In this document: positions 63,737-64,000 of the stretch, piece after piece
How the letters are laid out: the number at the start of each line of letters is the position of its first letter
Numbering within the stretch: position 1 is the first letter of the stretch
Assembly: GCF_964355755.1 (NCBI RefSeq)
Contig: NC_092680.1
Span: 20,841,045-20,905,044 of the forward strand
DNA from: Antedon mediterranea
Lineage: Eukaryota; Animalia; Echinodermata
Reading direction: 5' to 3'
Length of the DNA stretch: 64,000 nucleotides
Notes under the pieces: model-generated
The model's input: only the letters and a program-made list of their open reading frames with translations
The model's database searches: none
What the model was told of the DNA's origin: nothing
Program-made: the position numbers and the translations under genes

Positions 63737-64000
63737 CTAAAAAACACAATTAATTAAGAAAAGTAAGTAACGATTGCGCATATACCAGTGACGAATGTTA
63801 ATAAAACTTTATTTTATAATCACAGATACACAGACAAGCCACAAATACTATCCAAAAACTTATTTCTTTTAAAATAAAATGAAGTACCAAATCTAAAACA
63901 ATTCAATGTTTTCATTTATCTTTAAAAATGTCAGCATTTTTCTATTGTTTTCCTAACGCAAAATTAGTTATTTGTAGACATTTACAATTATCAATTGACA

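Overview
AT-rich eukaryotic (metazoan) genomic DNA with short GT-AG introns. The gene content suggests an invertebrate, possibly an echinoderm, but this is inference. The ORF track misses most of the structure, so exons were rebuilt by hand from splice sites and reading phase. The window starts with the 5' four exons of a DEG/ENaC (ASIC-like) channel gene on the minus strand. Next comes a tandem array of five plus-strand single-pass type I membrane protein genes: A = SP-SRCR-WSC-CUB-CUB-CCPx3-mucin-unknown domain-CCP-TM; B = SP-SRCR-WSC-CUB-CCP-TM; C = SP-WSC-CCPx4-mucin-TM; D = SP-CCPx4-stalk-TM; E = SP-mucin-TM. The 3' end of a sixth such gene (F) lies on the minus strand. All six share a phase 1->2 TM exon and a single tail exon, but the tails carry different tyrosine, NPxY and PDZ motifs. 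This looks like a modular, exon-shuffled receptor cluster with possible pattern-recognition function. Non-coding features include a 7-copy MITE family, a 33-bp minisatellite, a hammerhead-ribozyme-like retro-insertion and a repeat with two divergent tRNA-like cassettes. There is also a 5.2-kb element with perfect 32-bp TIRs, no apparent TSD, and a hierarchical satellite as cargo.
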